DNA from: Promethearchaeota archaeon
GTDB lineage: Archaea > Asgardarchaeota > Lokiarchaeia > Sigyniarchaeales > SOKP01
DNA: 21,742 nucleotides
Direction: 5' to 3'
NCBI GenBank assembly: GCA_016839585.1
Contig: JAEOTZ010000032.1
Coordinates: 1 to 21,742 of the forward strand
Under the pieces are notes generated by a model. The model was not told where the DNA came from, ran no database searches, and saw only the letters and a list, made by a program, of their open reading frames with translations. The position numbers and the translations under genes were made by a program. Positions 7,481-16,942 of the stretch are shown piece after piece (the first letter of the stretch is position 1; each line of letters begins with the position of its first letter).

Positions 7481-8704
7481 GTGAAGAAAATAAAATTATT
7501 AATAATTTTAATATTAATTCCTATTGGCCTTTTTATGATGACTAATTTTGCTAAAGCCTCTAATTGTAGTCTAAATCTTTTGAAAACTGATAAAGATATT
7601 TACTATATTAATGAAAATATTAGAATTAATGCCTCTTGGGATTTAAATTATAATAGTGATATTGAATATGCATATGTACAAATTCAAATTTTTGATATTT
7701 TCGATATTATCCTTTGGAATTCCTCAAAATATGATAAGACTGGTACTTATGAAGATAATTGGACAATTATTATTGAGAACTTGAATTTGGAGTTTTCAAA
7801 TTATTCTAATTTAATATTTATAAAATTATTTTATTATTATTTTCAAGAGGATATTGGAATTCCTCAAGGGGAATTTTTAGAAACGATAGAAATTACAATT
7901 ATTAAAAGAGAAGCATCATGTGAATTAATTGGATTTAGAGATCATATGAGAATAGGTGAAAATCTTTCATTCAATGTAAGGTTTTTTGATTCCTCATCAG
8001 ATAATAGCTCAAATTTAATTAATCAAGAAATTTTATTCAAAATAATTTCAAATAATTCGTTATTATATCAGAAAAATTTTACTGCAAACCAAACAGGGAT
8101 GATTGAAATTTTTATCTCATCAATAAGCCATTTAAGATTTGGGCGTAATATACTAATTTTTAAAATATTAAATACCAAAATTTATAATAATACAGAGTTT
8201 ATGTATGAAATTTTACTAGAGAAGAAGTTATTGTTCATAGATGTTATTGAATTTAAAGAGATTTTAAACCGCAAGGAGAATCTAGAGATAAAACTATTGT
8301 TTTATTATTTTTCTAATAATACCATTGAGCCTCTTAATGATACCAATATAATTATGAAAATTTTTTGCAACAACAACTTAACCTTCATGAATGAATATAA
8401 AACGGATAAAAATGGAATCCTGTCTATAAATGTCACTCAAGAATCTTTTAATTCTGAAAAAAAAAGTGAGGATTTGATAATTAAAATAATTTTCAATGGA
8501 AATTATTTTTTTGAAAATAAAAGCGTGTCTTTAAACTTAAAAATAAATAGTAGTGTTAATTCAAAAAGGGGGATTTATTCTCAATTAAGTGTTTATTCCC
8601 TTTCAATAATATTAGTCATTATATCTATAATTATATCTCTAATTTTTAAAAATATTAAGAAGAATAGAGAAAATATTTTAACAGAAATTACTTTTAGGTA
8701 TTGA
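7481..8704 (+). CDS. Secreted, C-terminally membrane-anchored surface protein with beta-rich (Ig-like) repeats
   Basis: Signal peptide MKKIKLLIILILIPIG..AKA, 'TDKDIYYINE' and repeated 'ANQTG/TDKNG' motifs, many N-x-S/T sequons, and a C-terminal TM helix followed by a basic tail. Confidence 0.7.
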   Translation: MKKIKLLIILILIPIGLFMMTNFAKASNCSLNLLKTDKDIYYINENIRINASWDLNYNSDIEYAYVQIQIFDIFDIILWNSSKYDKTGTYEDNWTIIIENLNLEFSNYSNLIFIKLFYYYFQEDIGIPQGEFLETIEITIIKREASCELIGFRDHMRIGENLSFNVRFFDSSSDNSSNLINQEILFKIISNNSLLYQKNFTANQTGMIEIFISSISHLRFGRNILIFKILNTKIYNNTEFMYEILLEKKLLFIDVIEFKEILNRKENLEIKLLFYYFSNNTIEPLNDTNIIMKIFCNNNLTFMNEYKTDKNGILSINVTQESFNSEKKSEDLIIKIIFNGNYFFENKSVSLNLKINSSVNSKRGIYSQLSVYSLSIILVIISIIISLIFKNIKKNRENILTEITFRY

Positions 8705-8989
8705 AATTAAATTATTATATAGTTTTTAGAGGTTAATCTTAAAATAATGAAAGTTACAATTTAACTTTTTGATTGTCGGAATCGACAAAAAACACTAAAT
8801 CTTCATATTGCCATTTTTTGATAATAAGAACTTTTCTGAAGAGACAGATGATTCACGAGAAATAATTAAGTGGAACTCTCAACAAATAAATAATTAAAAT
8901 TTTATTATGAAAAATTATTACTCTGTATTTTATTATAAGCAACAGTTTTCTTAAATTTATATAATTTTTATTGATTGTATTTTATGATA

Positions 8990-10189
8990 ATGGATTATTT
9001 TGAAGAATTATTGAAAAAACCTTCAATCTTTAAGGATGAAAGTAAACTAGATATTAATTTTATACCAGATGAATTACCACATAGGGAAAAAGAGTTATCT
9101 TTATTATCTCAACTTTTTTTAACGTTAATTACTAATCCAAATTCAATATCAAGAAAAATCTTAATAACAGGGAAAACAGGGATAGGAAAAACAGTAACGG
9201 TAAAATTATTTGGAGATATTTTAAAAAAAGCATCAAGAAAAAGGAATATTTCTATTAAATATGTTCATATTAATTGTAGAAAAGAAAGAAGCGGTTATAA
9301 AGTCTTAATAAAGATCATTCGTTCAATCCATAAACACTTTCCACAAAGAGGATATTCACCACAGGATTTATTAGAAATCGTTATTGAGTACTTAAATAAA
9401 TACGATTTACATCTTTTAATTGTATTAGATGAATTAAGTTATCTTATAAATAAAGGCGAAGATTTAATTTATTCTTTAACTCGGATAAATGATGATTCTA
9501 TGAATTCTCAACAAAGATTATCTATTATTGGAATAGTAAGAGATATCTCATGCTTAAATAATCTAGATTCCAGTACATTGAGCACACTGCAAAGGAATAT
9601 CATAAATTTTGATGAATATTCCAGGGAGCAAATTTTTAACATTATAAAATTCAGAGCAGATTTAAGTTTAAACCAAAATGCTCTTTCAGACGATTTGATC
9701 GAGATGATATCAGAGATTCTTTTTAAGAATGGTGATATTAGATATGGATTAAATATTTTATGGAGAGCTGCTAAAATCGCAGAAAGCCAAAGTCTAAAAT
9801 ATATTAATGCCGAATGTATTAGAGCAGGAAACCAAAATCTAGTACCTTACTCAACCCAAGATATTTTAAAATATATGGCTTCACCAAAATTAATTTTTTT
9901 ATTGGCAATAATTAAAAGTTTAAAAGTGAGTGAGAAGACCCAGATCTCTTTTTTGGATATTTCAAAAATATATAATATAGTTTGTGAAAATACAAGATTA
10001 AAGCCGCGTTCATATTCACAATTATGGAATTACCTTCAAGAATTTCATAGAGAGAATCTCATTTTAATAAAAGTAAAGAGTGAGAATATAAAAGGGAGAA
10101 AGACATTTATTAAAATTCCTAATATTGAATTATCGAAATTTGAAAAGATTATTTTAAATATATTAAGTCATAGAGGCTTGAAAATTTGA
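8990..10189 (+). CDS. cdc6: Cdc6/Orc1 replication initiator
   Basis: FIPDELPHREKE, Walker A GKTGIGKT, HINC, Walker B IVLDE, GDIR sensor 2 and C-terminal wHTH. Start is 8990 or 8984. Confidence 0.95.
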   Translation: MDYFEELLKKPSIFKDESKLDINFIPDELPHREKELSLLSQLFLTLITNPNSISRKILITGKTGIGKTVTVKLFGDILKKASRKRNISIKYVHINCRKERSGYKVLIKIIRSIHKHFPQRGYSPQDLLEIVIEYLNKYDLHLLIVLDELSYLINKGEDLIYSLTRINDDSMNSQQRLSIIGIVRDISCLNNLDSSTLSTLQRNIINFDEYSREQIFNIIKFRADLSLNQNALSDDLIEMISEILFKNGDIRYGLNILWRAAKIAESQSLKYINAECIRAGNQNLVPYSTQDILKYMASPKLIFLLAIIKSLKVSEKTQISFLDISKIYNIVCENTRLKPRSYSQLWNYLQEFHRENLILIKVKSENIKGRKTFIKIPNIELSKFEKIILNILSHRGLKI

Positions 10190-10479
10190 TAGTTAATAAA
10201 TCAAAAGAAAAGTATCTTATTGAGGAGCTTTTAGGTTCAAAAGCTAGAGTCAAGATTTTAAAAGTATTAGCCATACATAAAGAATTGACTATATCCTTAA
10301 TTATTAATAAGACCAAATTAAATTATAATAATGTTTTAAAACATCTTACTTATCTTAAAGCAGTAAATTTAATTGATGAAAAAAAATTTGGACGAATCAA
10401 AATATTTAGATACAAAATTGAAAATATTAAGGCTAGAAGTTTAAAAAAATTAATAGAAATTTGGGAAGGAAATTTCTGA
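10186..10479 (+). CDS. ArsR-like winged-helix DNA-binding protein
   Basis: 'LLGSKARVKILKVL..ELTISLII.KTKLNY..VLKHL..L..V.LI.EKKFGRIKIFR'. TTG start overlaps the cdc6 stop (TTGA). Confidence 0.82.
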   Translation: MIVNKSKEKYLIEELLGSKARVKILKVLAIHKELTISLIINKTKLNYNNVLKHLTYLKAVNLIDEKKFGRIKIFRYKIENIKARSLKKLIEIWEGNF

Positions 10480-10483
10480 TCCT

Positions 10484-11152
10484 ATGAATTTCTTAATATT
10501 GATTTTTAATTTTTGGTTTATAAGTGTAATACTATTTTTTTGTGTTTATCTTGATTTGAAATCCAGAAAAATTCCTAATAGTTTGTTTAAATATCTCTTT
10601 ATTATTTGTATAATTTTAAATTTTATTGAATTTATTTTTTGTTTTGAAGATATTATAAGAGTTATTGTTTTGAAATTTCTTTTTCTATTTATCATTCTTT
10701 CTTTATCATTTTTATTATTCTTTTTACACATTATTGGAGGAGCCGATGGGAAACTTTTTATGTTAATCTTTTTTGTACATCCTGTCAAATTTTTAACTTT
10801 TTATTTCATAACTTCTTTCCTTTTATTATTCTCCTTATTGATTCTTTTAATTTTTATGATAAACTTCGCAAACAATATTAATTTTAGAAATAATGATTCA
10901 TTTGAAATTTTTTTTAATACTAATTACAAATTCTCAAGTTTTAAGAGAAGTTTTATTAAAACATTCTTTAAATTTTTGAATTTTTCAGAATTAGAGTATT
11001 ATAATGAAGATAAACATCTTGTTAAATCTCTCATCTTAATTTACAATAGTGCAAGAAGAAGAATACAAATTCTAGTTCAGTATAGACCTCCTCTTATTTT
11101 TATCAGCTTAATATCTTATTTTCCTGTTTTATTTATACTGGTTTATTTTTAA
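10484..11152 (+). CDS. A24 prepilin/prearchaellin peptidase (PibD/FlaK-like)
   Basis: Catalytic motifs 'YLDLKSRKIPN' and 'IIGGADGKL' (GxxD type); multiple TM segments. Confidence 0.88.
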   Translation: MNFLILIFNFWFISVILFFCVYLDLKSRKIPNSLFKYLFIICIILNFIEFIFCFEDIIRVIVLKFLFLFIILSLSFLLFFLHIIGGADGKLFMLIFFVHPVKFLTFYFITSFLLLFSLLILLIFMINFANNINFRNNDSFEIFFNTNYKFSSFKRSFIKTFFKFLNFSELEYYNEDKHLVKSLILIYNSARRRIQILVQYRPPLIFISLISYFPVLFILVYF

Positions 11153-11306
11153 AATTACTATAATAAGATTAAAAAAAATCTCGTAATTTGATTTATATTT
11201 AATTTATAGAATTTAAAATTTAGTGCTTTAAGAAATAAAATTTTATATTTGAGAATTTTTATTAAATTAATGAAGCTTAATTATTTTATAATGTGAAAAA
11301 TAAGAG

Positions 11307-11699
11307 ATGGAGATTGAAAAAACAAGAGAAACTTCTTGGAAAATTCAGTTAAAAAACAAGGATCAAAACATAGAAATAACTTCAGTAGAAATTAGTGGCG
11401 AAGTTAGGATTATTAGGCTTGCTCTTCTAAATAAAGATAAATCAATAAGAGTTGAAATGAAGAAAGAAGAGTTTTTTAATTTACTCTCTTTAATATCTGC
11501 CTTTAAAGATGTTGTAATTGGAGAAGATTCATTTGTTATGGGAGAGGATTTAAATTTAATTGAGAGTGGAACACAACAAGCTCATGATCTTGCCACGGAA
11601 AACGAAGATATCTATCTAATTAATTCTGAAACTTTGGAGAAAAATCTTGAGAAAGAGGATACAGAAGAGTTAAACCCTGAAGAATGGGATCCTTGGTAA
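11307..11699 (+). CDS. Hypothetical protein with acidic, Trp-ending tail
   Basis: 130 aa. Beta-strand-rich N-terminus and a helix, then an acidic tail ending EELNPEEWDPW. Confidence 0.7.
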   Translation: MEIEKTRETSWKIQLKNKDQNIEITSVEISGEVRIIRLALLNKDKSIRVEMKKEEFFNLLSLISAFKDVVIGEDSFVMGEDLNLIESGTQQAHDLATENEDIYLINSETLEKNLEKEDTEELNPEEWDPW

Positions 11700-11708
11700 A
11701 TATCTTAC

Positions 11709-12197
11709 TCATTGGATTCTTTCAATCTTATATTCACAATAATCTAAATTCAAATTTTCAAGACAACATTCATTTTCAGAAACGATTACCCTATATAGAG
11801 CAAATTCTCCAAAACCAGTTAATAAACCTGTTATAAAATAACAAAAGTATTTTGATTTATTTTCTAACTCTGATGATATATTATGATAAAGACGTATAAT
11901 GATCAAATCTTCAGAAACAAGTTTAGCACTCAATCGCCCCCACCCATGATTACTTAAAATGTTACAAAAATGATTTACTAAATCTTCTAAAGATTTTGGT
12001 TTTAGATTTTCATCCCAATTTTGTATAAATGTCCAACCTGTTTTTTTACCAAGCCAAACTAATAAAGATTTTACACCCTCACCATAAATTGATGAAAGAA
12101 TGTCAATTATTTGTGGAGGAAAAAAAACAAAACGATCATTAAATAATTCGTATTTGCCCTTATTATATTTTAAACCTTTCAATTTCAAAGTTCTCAT
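11709..12197 (-). CDS. V4R-domain protein (Bet3/TRAPPC3-related fold)
   Basis: 'LVWLGKKTG', 'HGWGRL', 'FCYFITGLLTGF' and 'VSENECC..DYCEYKI' are V4R motifs. Confidence 0.85.
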   Translation of the reverse strand: MRTLKLKGLKYNKGKYELFNDRFVFFPPQIIDILSSIYGEGVKSLLVWLGKKTGWTFIQNWDENLKPKSLEDLVNHFCNILSNHGWGRLSAKLVSEDLIIIRLYHNISSELENKSKYFCYFITGLLTGFGEFALYRVIVSENECCLENLNLDYCEYKIERIQ

Positions 12198-12326
12198 AAT
12201 AATTATCAGCTTTTTCTCTTATTTAATATTTTCTAACTTAATCTAATGAATATTAAGATTCAATATTTCTAGTGATTATATAAATCTAAGATCTTTAAAT
12301 AATTCTATATAGAATTAATAAAGAAG

Positions 12327-12626
12327 ATGTTAGAATTCAATTTAACATTATTTGAGATTTTACTATTCTTAAGTATTTTTTTTTTAATGTTTATATATTC
12401 TGTGATATCAGCTGATTTATTAATTACGTTATTATCTTTTCTATTATATTTAATTCTTCTAATTCCATTATACTCTTTACTAGAAAAGCTAGAGAATTTA
12501 ACATATATAAGCAACTTAAATAATATCTTTTTTGTCAGGTTTGTTTTCTTTTGTTCGACATTAATTAATATTTTTATTGGAATATGCTTATTTGTAGAGT
12601 TAGTATATCTCTTTTTTTTTGCTTAG
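12327..12626 (+). CDS. Small integral membrane protein (about 3 TM)
   Basis: 99 aa, highly hydrophobic, fills the gap between neighbouring genes. Confidence 0.6.
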   Translation: MLEFNLTLFEILLFLSIFFLMFIYSVISADLLITLLSFLLYLILLIPLYSLLEKLENLTYISNLNNIFFVRFVFFCSTLINIFIGICLFVELVYLFFFA

Positions 12627-12648
12627 CATAAACAACTTTAAGTTTTCT

Positions 12649-14175
12649 CTATATAAAATTCAATACATTCAATAATGAGATTAAAAAAGTTAAAATGAAT
12701 ATTATGTTCGCAACAATCACAATAAAAAACCTCTTATTGTGATTAATAATTTTTAAAAAGTAATAAGAAGTAATTGAAATTATTGATAGTAATGAGAGGA
12801 ATATAATGATTATATCTTTGAAATATACTATATTAAAAAGAATATTTAATGAAAAATTATTACTTAATTGAATATTTTTATTTAACAAAACAAAAAGAGG
12901 GAACATGCCCCCTATAACCCCGGTGACGAGTGGTAGGAGAAATAGGAAAAAAAACACTTTAAATTTTTCTCCTTTTATTATTATTTCTAATTTTGTTTCA
13001 AGTTTTTGATGTTTTGATAAAACAGCCAAGATGTCAAATATTTTTTCAGAAGAAAAAAAAGCATTTTGTTCAACAAATTTTTCAATAGCCTCTAAAATTA
13101 TTTTGAAACGTATTGAATTCAATTCAAATTTTAAATTATTTATCATTTCTCGGAATGAACAAGAAATATTTAGAAGCAATGAAATTTGATTCTTTAAAGG
13201 GACTTCTATCAAATCATAGAGTTTTCTATTTTGGGAATAAGATTTAAGAAAAGCATATTCAGGTGATATATTCCTTCTTAAATTATTAGCAAAGCTTTTT
13301 AAAAATAGAAGAAATTCATGAATTTTTTTTTTTTCTATTTTTGAATATTCCCCTATCAAACCTATTAAGAAATTATTTTGTTTTATAAACTTTTTAAATA
13401 ATGAATTTAATATGAATAAGAAGAGAGGTATGGAAAGGATTGTAAAAATTAGATTAATCAGTTGGAATGATAAAAGAAAACATAATCCTATTGGAAAAAA
13501 CAATCCTATAAAAAAGATTATACTTAATTTTGATTCGATATCTCTTAAATATATCTTAAAGTTTCTTTCTAATGTATTGTCTTTAAAATCCACAAATCCA
13601 GATTCATTATTAAAATTGGAGGTTAATAAATCTTTTAAATATCTATTAAAATCTTCAGAAGGTGTTAGAATGTTCATAAGCACTTTTTCTGGGAGCTCAC
13701 CTTCATGAGTTCTTCTTAAAATTTCTTTAAAATTATCTGAAATTGGAAGATTATAATTTTTTATTAATTTTATGAAATTTATGCAATAATCAGAATTTTT
13801 CTTTAATGATTTTTGAATCAGTGAAAAGTCTATTTTAATTAGATAGAGCATTGCATTAATTATTGATTCATTTTTTTGTATTTCATTCAAGAGATAAACG
13901 CTAAACTTATAAGATAAAATTAAAGAGAAAAGAAATGAATAAAAGAAAATGATTAAAATATGAAAAAATGAGAAGATAGCAGAGAAAATAACGAAAAAAC
14001 TAAGTGAGATTAAAAATATTATAAAACTAGCTTTATAAATATCATCTTCACTAATATCATAATAATTATTATAAATACTTTTATACCTATCATTTAATTC
14101 CTTAAATTTTAATTTGGGAATATGAAATTTATGAAATCTCCTACAAAAATAAAGATAACTCTCCATGAAATTCAT
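12649..14175 (-). CDS. TadB/TadC/ArlJ-like membrane platform protein (T2SS F-like)
   Basis: Two cytoplasmic domains ('FKEILRRTHEGELPEKVL', 'FANNLRRNISPEYAF') alternate with TM pairs. Downstream of a secretion ATPase. Confidence 0.75.
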   Translation of the reverse strand: MNFMESYLYFCRRFHKFHIPKLKFKELNDRYKSIYNNYYDISEDDIYKASFIIFLISLSFFVIFSAIFSFFHILIIFFYSFLFSLILSYKFSVYLLNEIQKNESIINAMLYLIKIDFSLIQKSLKKNSDYCINFIKLIKNYNLPISDNFKEILRRTHEGELPEKVLMNILTPSEDFNRYLKDLLTSNFNNESGFVDFKDNTLERNFKIYLRDIESKLSIIFFIGLFFPIGLCFLLSFQLINLIFTILSIPLFLFILNSLFKKFIKQNNFLIGLIGEYSKIEKKKIHEFLLFLKSFANNLRRNISPEYAFLKSYSQNRKLYDLIEVPLKNQISLLLNISCSFREMINNLKFELNSIRFKIILEAIEKFVEQNAFFSSEKIFDILAVLSKHQKLETKLEIIIKGEKFKVFFFLFLLPLVTGVIGGMFPLFVLLNKNIQLSNNFSLNILFNIVYFKDIIIIFLSLLSIISITSYYFLKIINHNKRFFIVIVANIIFILTFLISLLNVLNFI

Positions 14176-14187
14176 ATTAGAAATACC

Positions 14188-14610
14188 TTAATAATAATCA
14201 ATTAATTGGACTTTTATTAGATGCAATACGAAAGAAACATTCAAGAGGTATGTTTTAGGGAGAATATCATGAAAAACATTGTAGATAAAACTTTCATTGT
14301 AGAATATAATTATATATTGCGGTTCATCTCTAATAATAAAATCATATTTAGCATATTGATTATATAAAGTTATATTCAGATTGGATGGATATTCGATGGA
14401 TTTAAGAAAATCTTCTTCTGGGTTATCAATAACATGAAGAATGGCTTGATCCATCTCATTGATAAAGGATATATAATTTTCTATGTCATTTTTTTCATTA
14501 TTATTAAATTTGGATATTGCTTCTAAAAATGGACTAATTAGAGAAAAGAAAATTAATAAAGTTAAAATTCCATAACCTATAATTAATCCCTTTTCTAATA
14601 AGTTTGTCAT
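14188..14610 (-). CDS. Putative type IV pilin-like protein
   Basis: N-terminal 'MTNLLEKG-LIIGYGILTLLIFFSLI' hydrophobic helix followed by a beta-rich domain. Located between the ATPase and platform genes. Confidence 0.5.
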   Translation of the reverse strand: MTNLLEKGLIIGYGILTLLIFFSLISPFLEAISKFNNNEKNDIENYISFINEMDQAILHVIDNPEEDFLKSIEYPSNLNITLYNQYAKYDFIIRDEPQYIIIFYNESFIYNVFHDILPKTYLLNVSFVLHLIKVQLIDYY

Positions 14611-14626
14611 GTAATTTAATTTAAAT

Positions 14627-16810
14627 TTAAAAATTTAAACCTCGATTCTTTTTCCAGTTATTCCAAAAATTCTCAAGTATGTCATATGATTGAAAAGAAT
14701 TATAAGAGATTCTATGGAAGAAGTTGATTAATTTATAATTATCAACCTTATTAATTTTGGAGATAAATGTGAAAATATCATTATATATTTTGATTATAAA
14801 TGAGAAATTTTCTCTATTTAAATCTTCATATCTTCTCAATTCATTAATTATTTTGGTTTCGAAAAGAGGATTTAATAAATTCCATTTTTTTGATTCCGGA
14901 TTATATTGGAATATATTGTTGTATAGCTTTTCTATCTTTAGGTTATCGCCAATTTCAGAAATCGCGATGATTTTTCTTTGATTGCCATCTTTTTTCATTA
15001 AAATAATAAGATCTAAATCATTTAAACATGATTTATTAATTTTAAAATGATGTACAAATCGGTTAATTAAAGAATCTATATTATTAGAATGGATTGTTTG
15101 AAAACCCCTTAATCCAGCAGCAAGACAATGAAACATCGCCTCTGCCTCTTCTTTAGTCAATATTTCACCTAAGTATATCATATCTGGTGTTCGGTGTAAG
15201 AGTGTTTTTATCTGACTACTTTTGGAATAATTCTCTTTTAATAAAGAATCATAAGAATCAACTTTATATTTTAACTGATGTTTCCCGAAATTAAATTGAT
15301 TTAAAGATTCCACTATATTTTCAACATAGATCTTTCTAAATTCTTTAGGAGTTAATAAATCTAATGCATTAATCAATGTTGTTTTTCCAGTATCAGTTTC
15401 ACCGGTAACAGTTATGTTTCTTCTTCGCAAAATATTAAAATATAAGAAAGTAGCCATTAATGGGTTTAGAGTTCCATTTTTTAATAAATCTTGAATATTA
15501 AGAATATTTTTATTCAATTTTCTTATGTCTAACGCAAAGTTATTCAATTGAATAGGTTCAATATCTAACGCAAATCTACAATAGAAAAATTTGTTTTTTA
15601 AAACAAGTTTTATACTAGGTTTCATAAAATCCAGTCTTTGACCACTATAGAGTCTTAATAATGTTTTTATCCTTTCTATCTCTCTTATATTAAATTTTAT
15701 ATTTGTTCGACATCGCCCATATTTTTGATGATTAATATAAATTTCATCGTGAGGAGAATCTAAGAATATTTCTTCAATAAGATCATCTATTAATAAAGGA
15801 AAGATTTTTTCTAAATTTAATCGTTTTAGAGCTGAAATAAAGGCAATCTTATTATTATCAATTTTAGAAAATCGATACTTTTCATTAAGAATTTTTAAAG
15901 ATTCTCGTTTATATATATTTATTAAATTTTCTAAGGGGATAATTTGATCAAAGTTGACAATATTTAAGCTATTTGATATATCTTGAATAATTTTTTTAAT
16001 ATAATCCTCTTCTGATCTTGAATGGTAATTATAATGGACTAAATATTTATTTTCAGCCTCAAATGAAATATTAGAAATGTAAACCTGATAAAGATTATTT
16101 TTTCCAATCATATAAGTTTTAATTACTTCCTCCTGTTTTAACAGAGTGGGGAGCCTAAATTCTTGATCTTTTGCATGTAGTTGGAAGGATTTAGAAAATA
16201 AATTCTTATAAAAATTGAAACTGCCTTGAGATTTATCGCTTTCATATTTAAACTTATTGAGCAATTTAATAATTTTTAAGTGATTTAAGATTTCAGCAAT
16301 AGATTTTTCTAAGCTTTTTAAATAATTAACACAATTTAAGCAAAAATTATTAAAAATTTTATTTTCTCCTAAAAAAGAAATTCTTTTCAAGTGGGTATTA
16401 TATACTAGAACTGGGTCATAGAACTCGAAATCATGTATTTTAACTAATGAAAAATAATCTGGAAAATTTTTACATTTAAATTCTTGATAAATACATCTCT
16501 TTTTCCTAACATTTTCAATTTTTTGATTTATTCTTTTAATCTTATTTAATTTTTTGAAATAATCCAGAATTAAATCATATTGTTCAGGTTCAATTAAGAT
16601 TTCATTTTTCGAAATTAAAATACGATTAAACTTGTTATTTTTGTTGATAAAGATATTAAGTAATAAACAGTAAATACATGTTTTATTCTTATAGAACTTT
16701 TTTTCTTTTTCAGAACATTTTTTACAATCAATAATTAAGAAATTCTCTTTTTTACCTGCTAAATTTTCTTTTTTTTGAAAAATGACTCTTTTTTTTAGAT
16801 TTATTACCAT
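14627..16810 (-). CDS. Type II/IV secretion ATPase (TadA/CpaF/ArlI/VirB11 family) with Cys-rich N-terminus
   Basis: 'PLLIDDLIEEI', 'LDIRK', Walker A GETDTGKTT, 'RTPDMIYLGE' Walker B and 'TIHS' His box. Confidence 0.9.
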   Translation of the reverse strand: MVINLKKRVIFQKKENLAGKKENFLIIDCKKCSEKEKKFYKNKTCIYCLLLNIFINKNNKFNRILISKNEILIEPEQYDLILDYFKKLNKIKRINQKIENVRKKRCIYQEFKCKNFPDYFSLVKIHDFEFYDPVLVYNTHLKRISFLGENKIFNNFCLNCVNYLKSLEKSIAEILNHLKIIKLLNKFKYESDKSQGSFNFYKNLFSKSFQLHAKDQEFRLPTLLKQEEVIKTYMIGKNNLYQVYISNISFEAENKYLVHYNYHSRSEEDYIKKIIQDISNSLNIVNFDQIIPLENLINIYKRESLKILNEKYRFSKIDNNKIAFISALKRLNLEKIFPLLIDDLIEEIFLDSPHDEIYINHQKYGRCRTNIKFNIREIERIKTLLRLYSGQRLDFMKPSIKLVLKNKFFYCRFALDIEPIQLNNFALDIRKLNKNILNIQDLLKNGTLNPLMATFLYFNILRRRNITVTGETDTGKTTLINALDLLTPKEFRKIYVENIVESLNQFNFGKHQLKYKVDSYDSLLKENYSKSSQIKTLLHRTPDMIYLGEILTKEEAEAMFHCLAAGLRGFQTIHSNNIDSLINRFVHHFKINKSCLNDLDLIILMKKDGNQRKIIAISEIGDNLKIEKLYNNIFQYNPESKKWNLLNPLFETKIINELRRYEDLNRENFSFIIKIYNDIFTFISKINKVDNYKLINFFHRISYNSFQSYDILENFWNNWKKNRGLNF

Positions 16811-16942
16811 TTAAAATTCTTTTAAAATGAAAAAATTTAAATAACACTATTTTAGTTATTCGCAGAAGTTTCTTGATTAGTTCTTAAATGAAAAAATTTA
16901 TTTATTTTAAAAAATTCATATCCAAAAGTTAAGTGATTATTT

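Noticed and set aside
8815-8880. Possible C/D RNA (TGATAA..CTGA..ATGAT) upstream of cdc6
   Set aside because: No terminal D box or closing stem and no recognisable rRNA complement.
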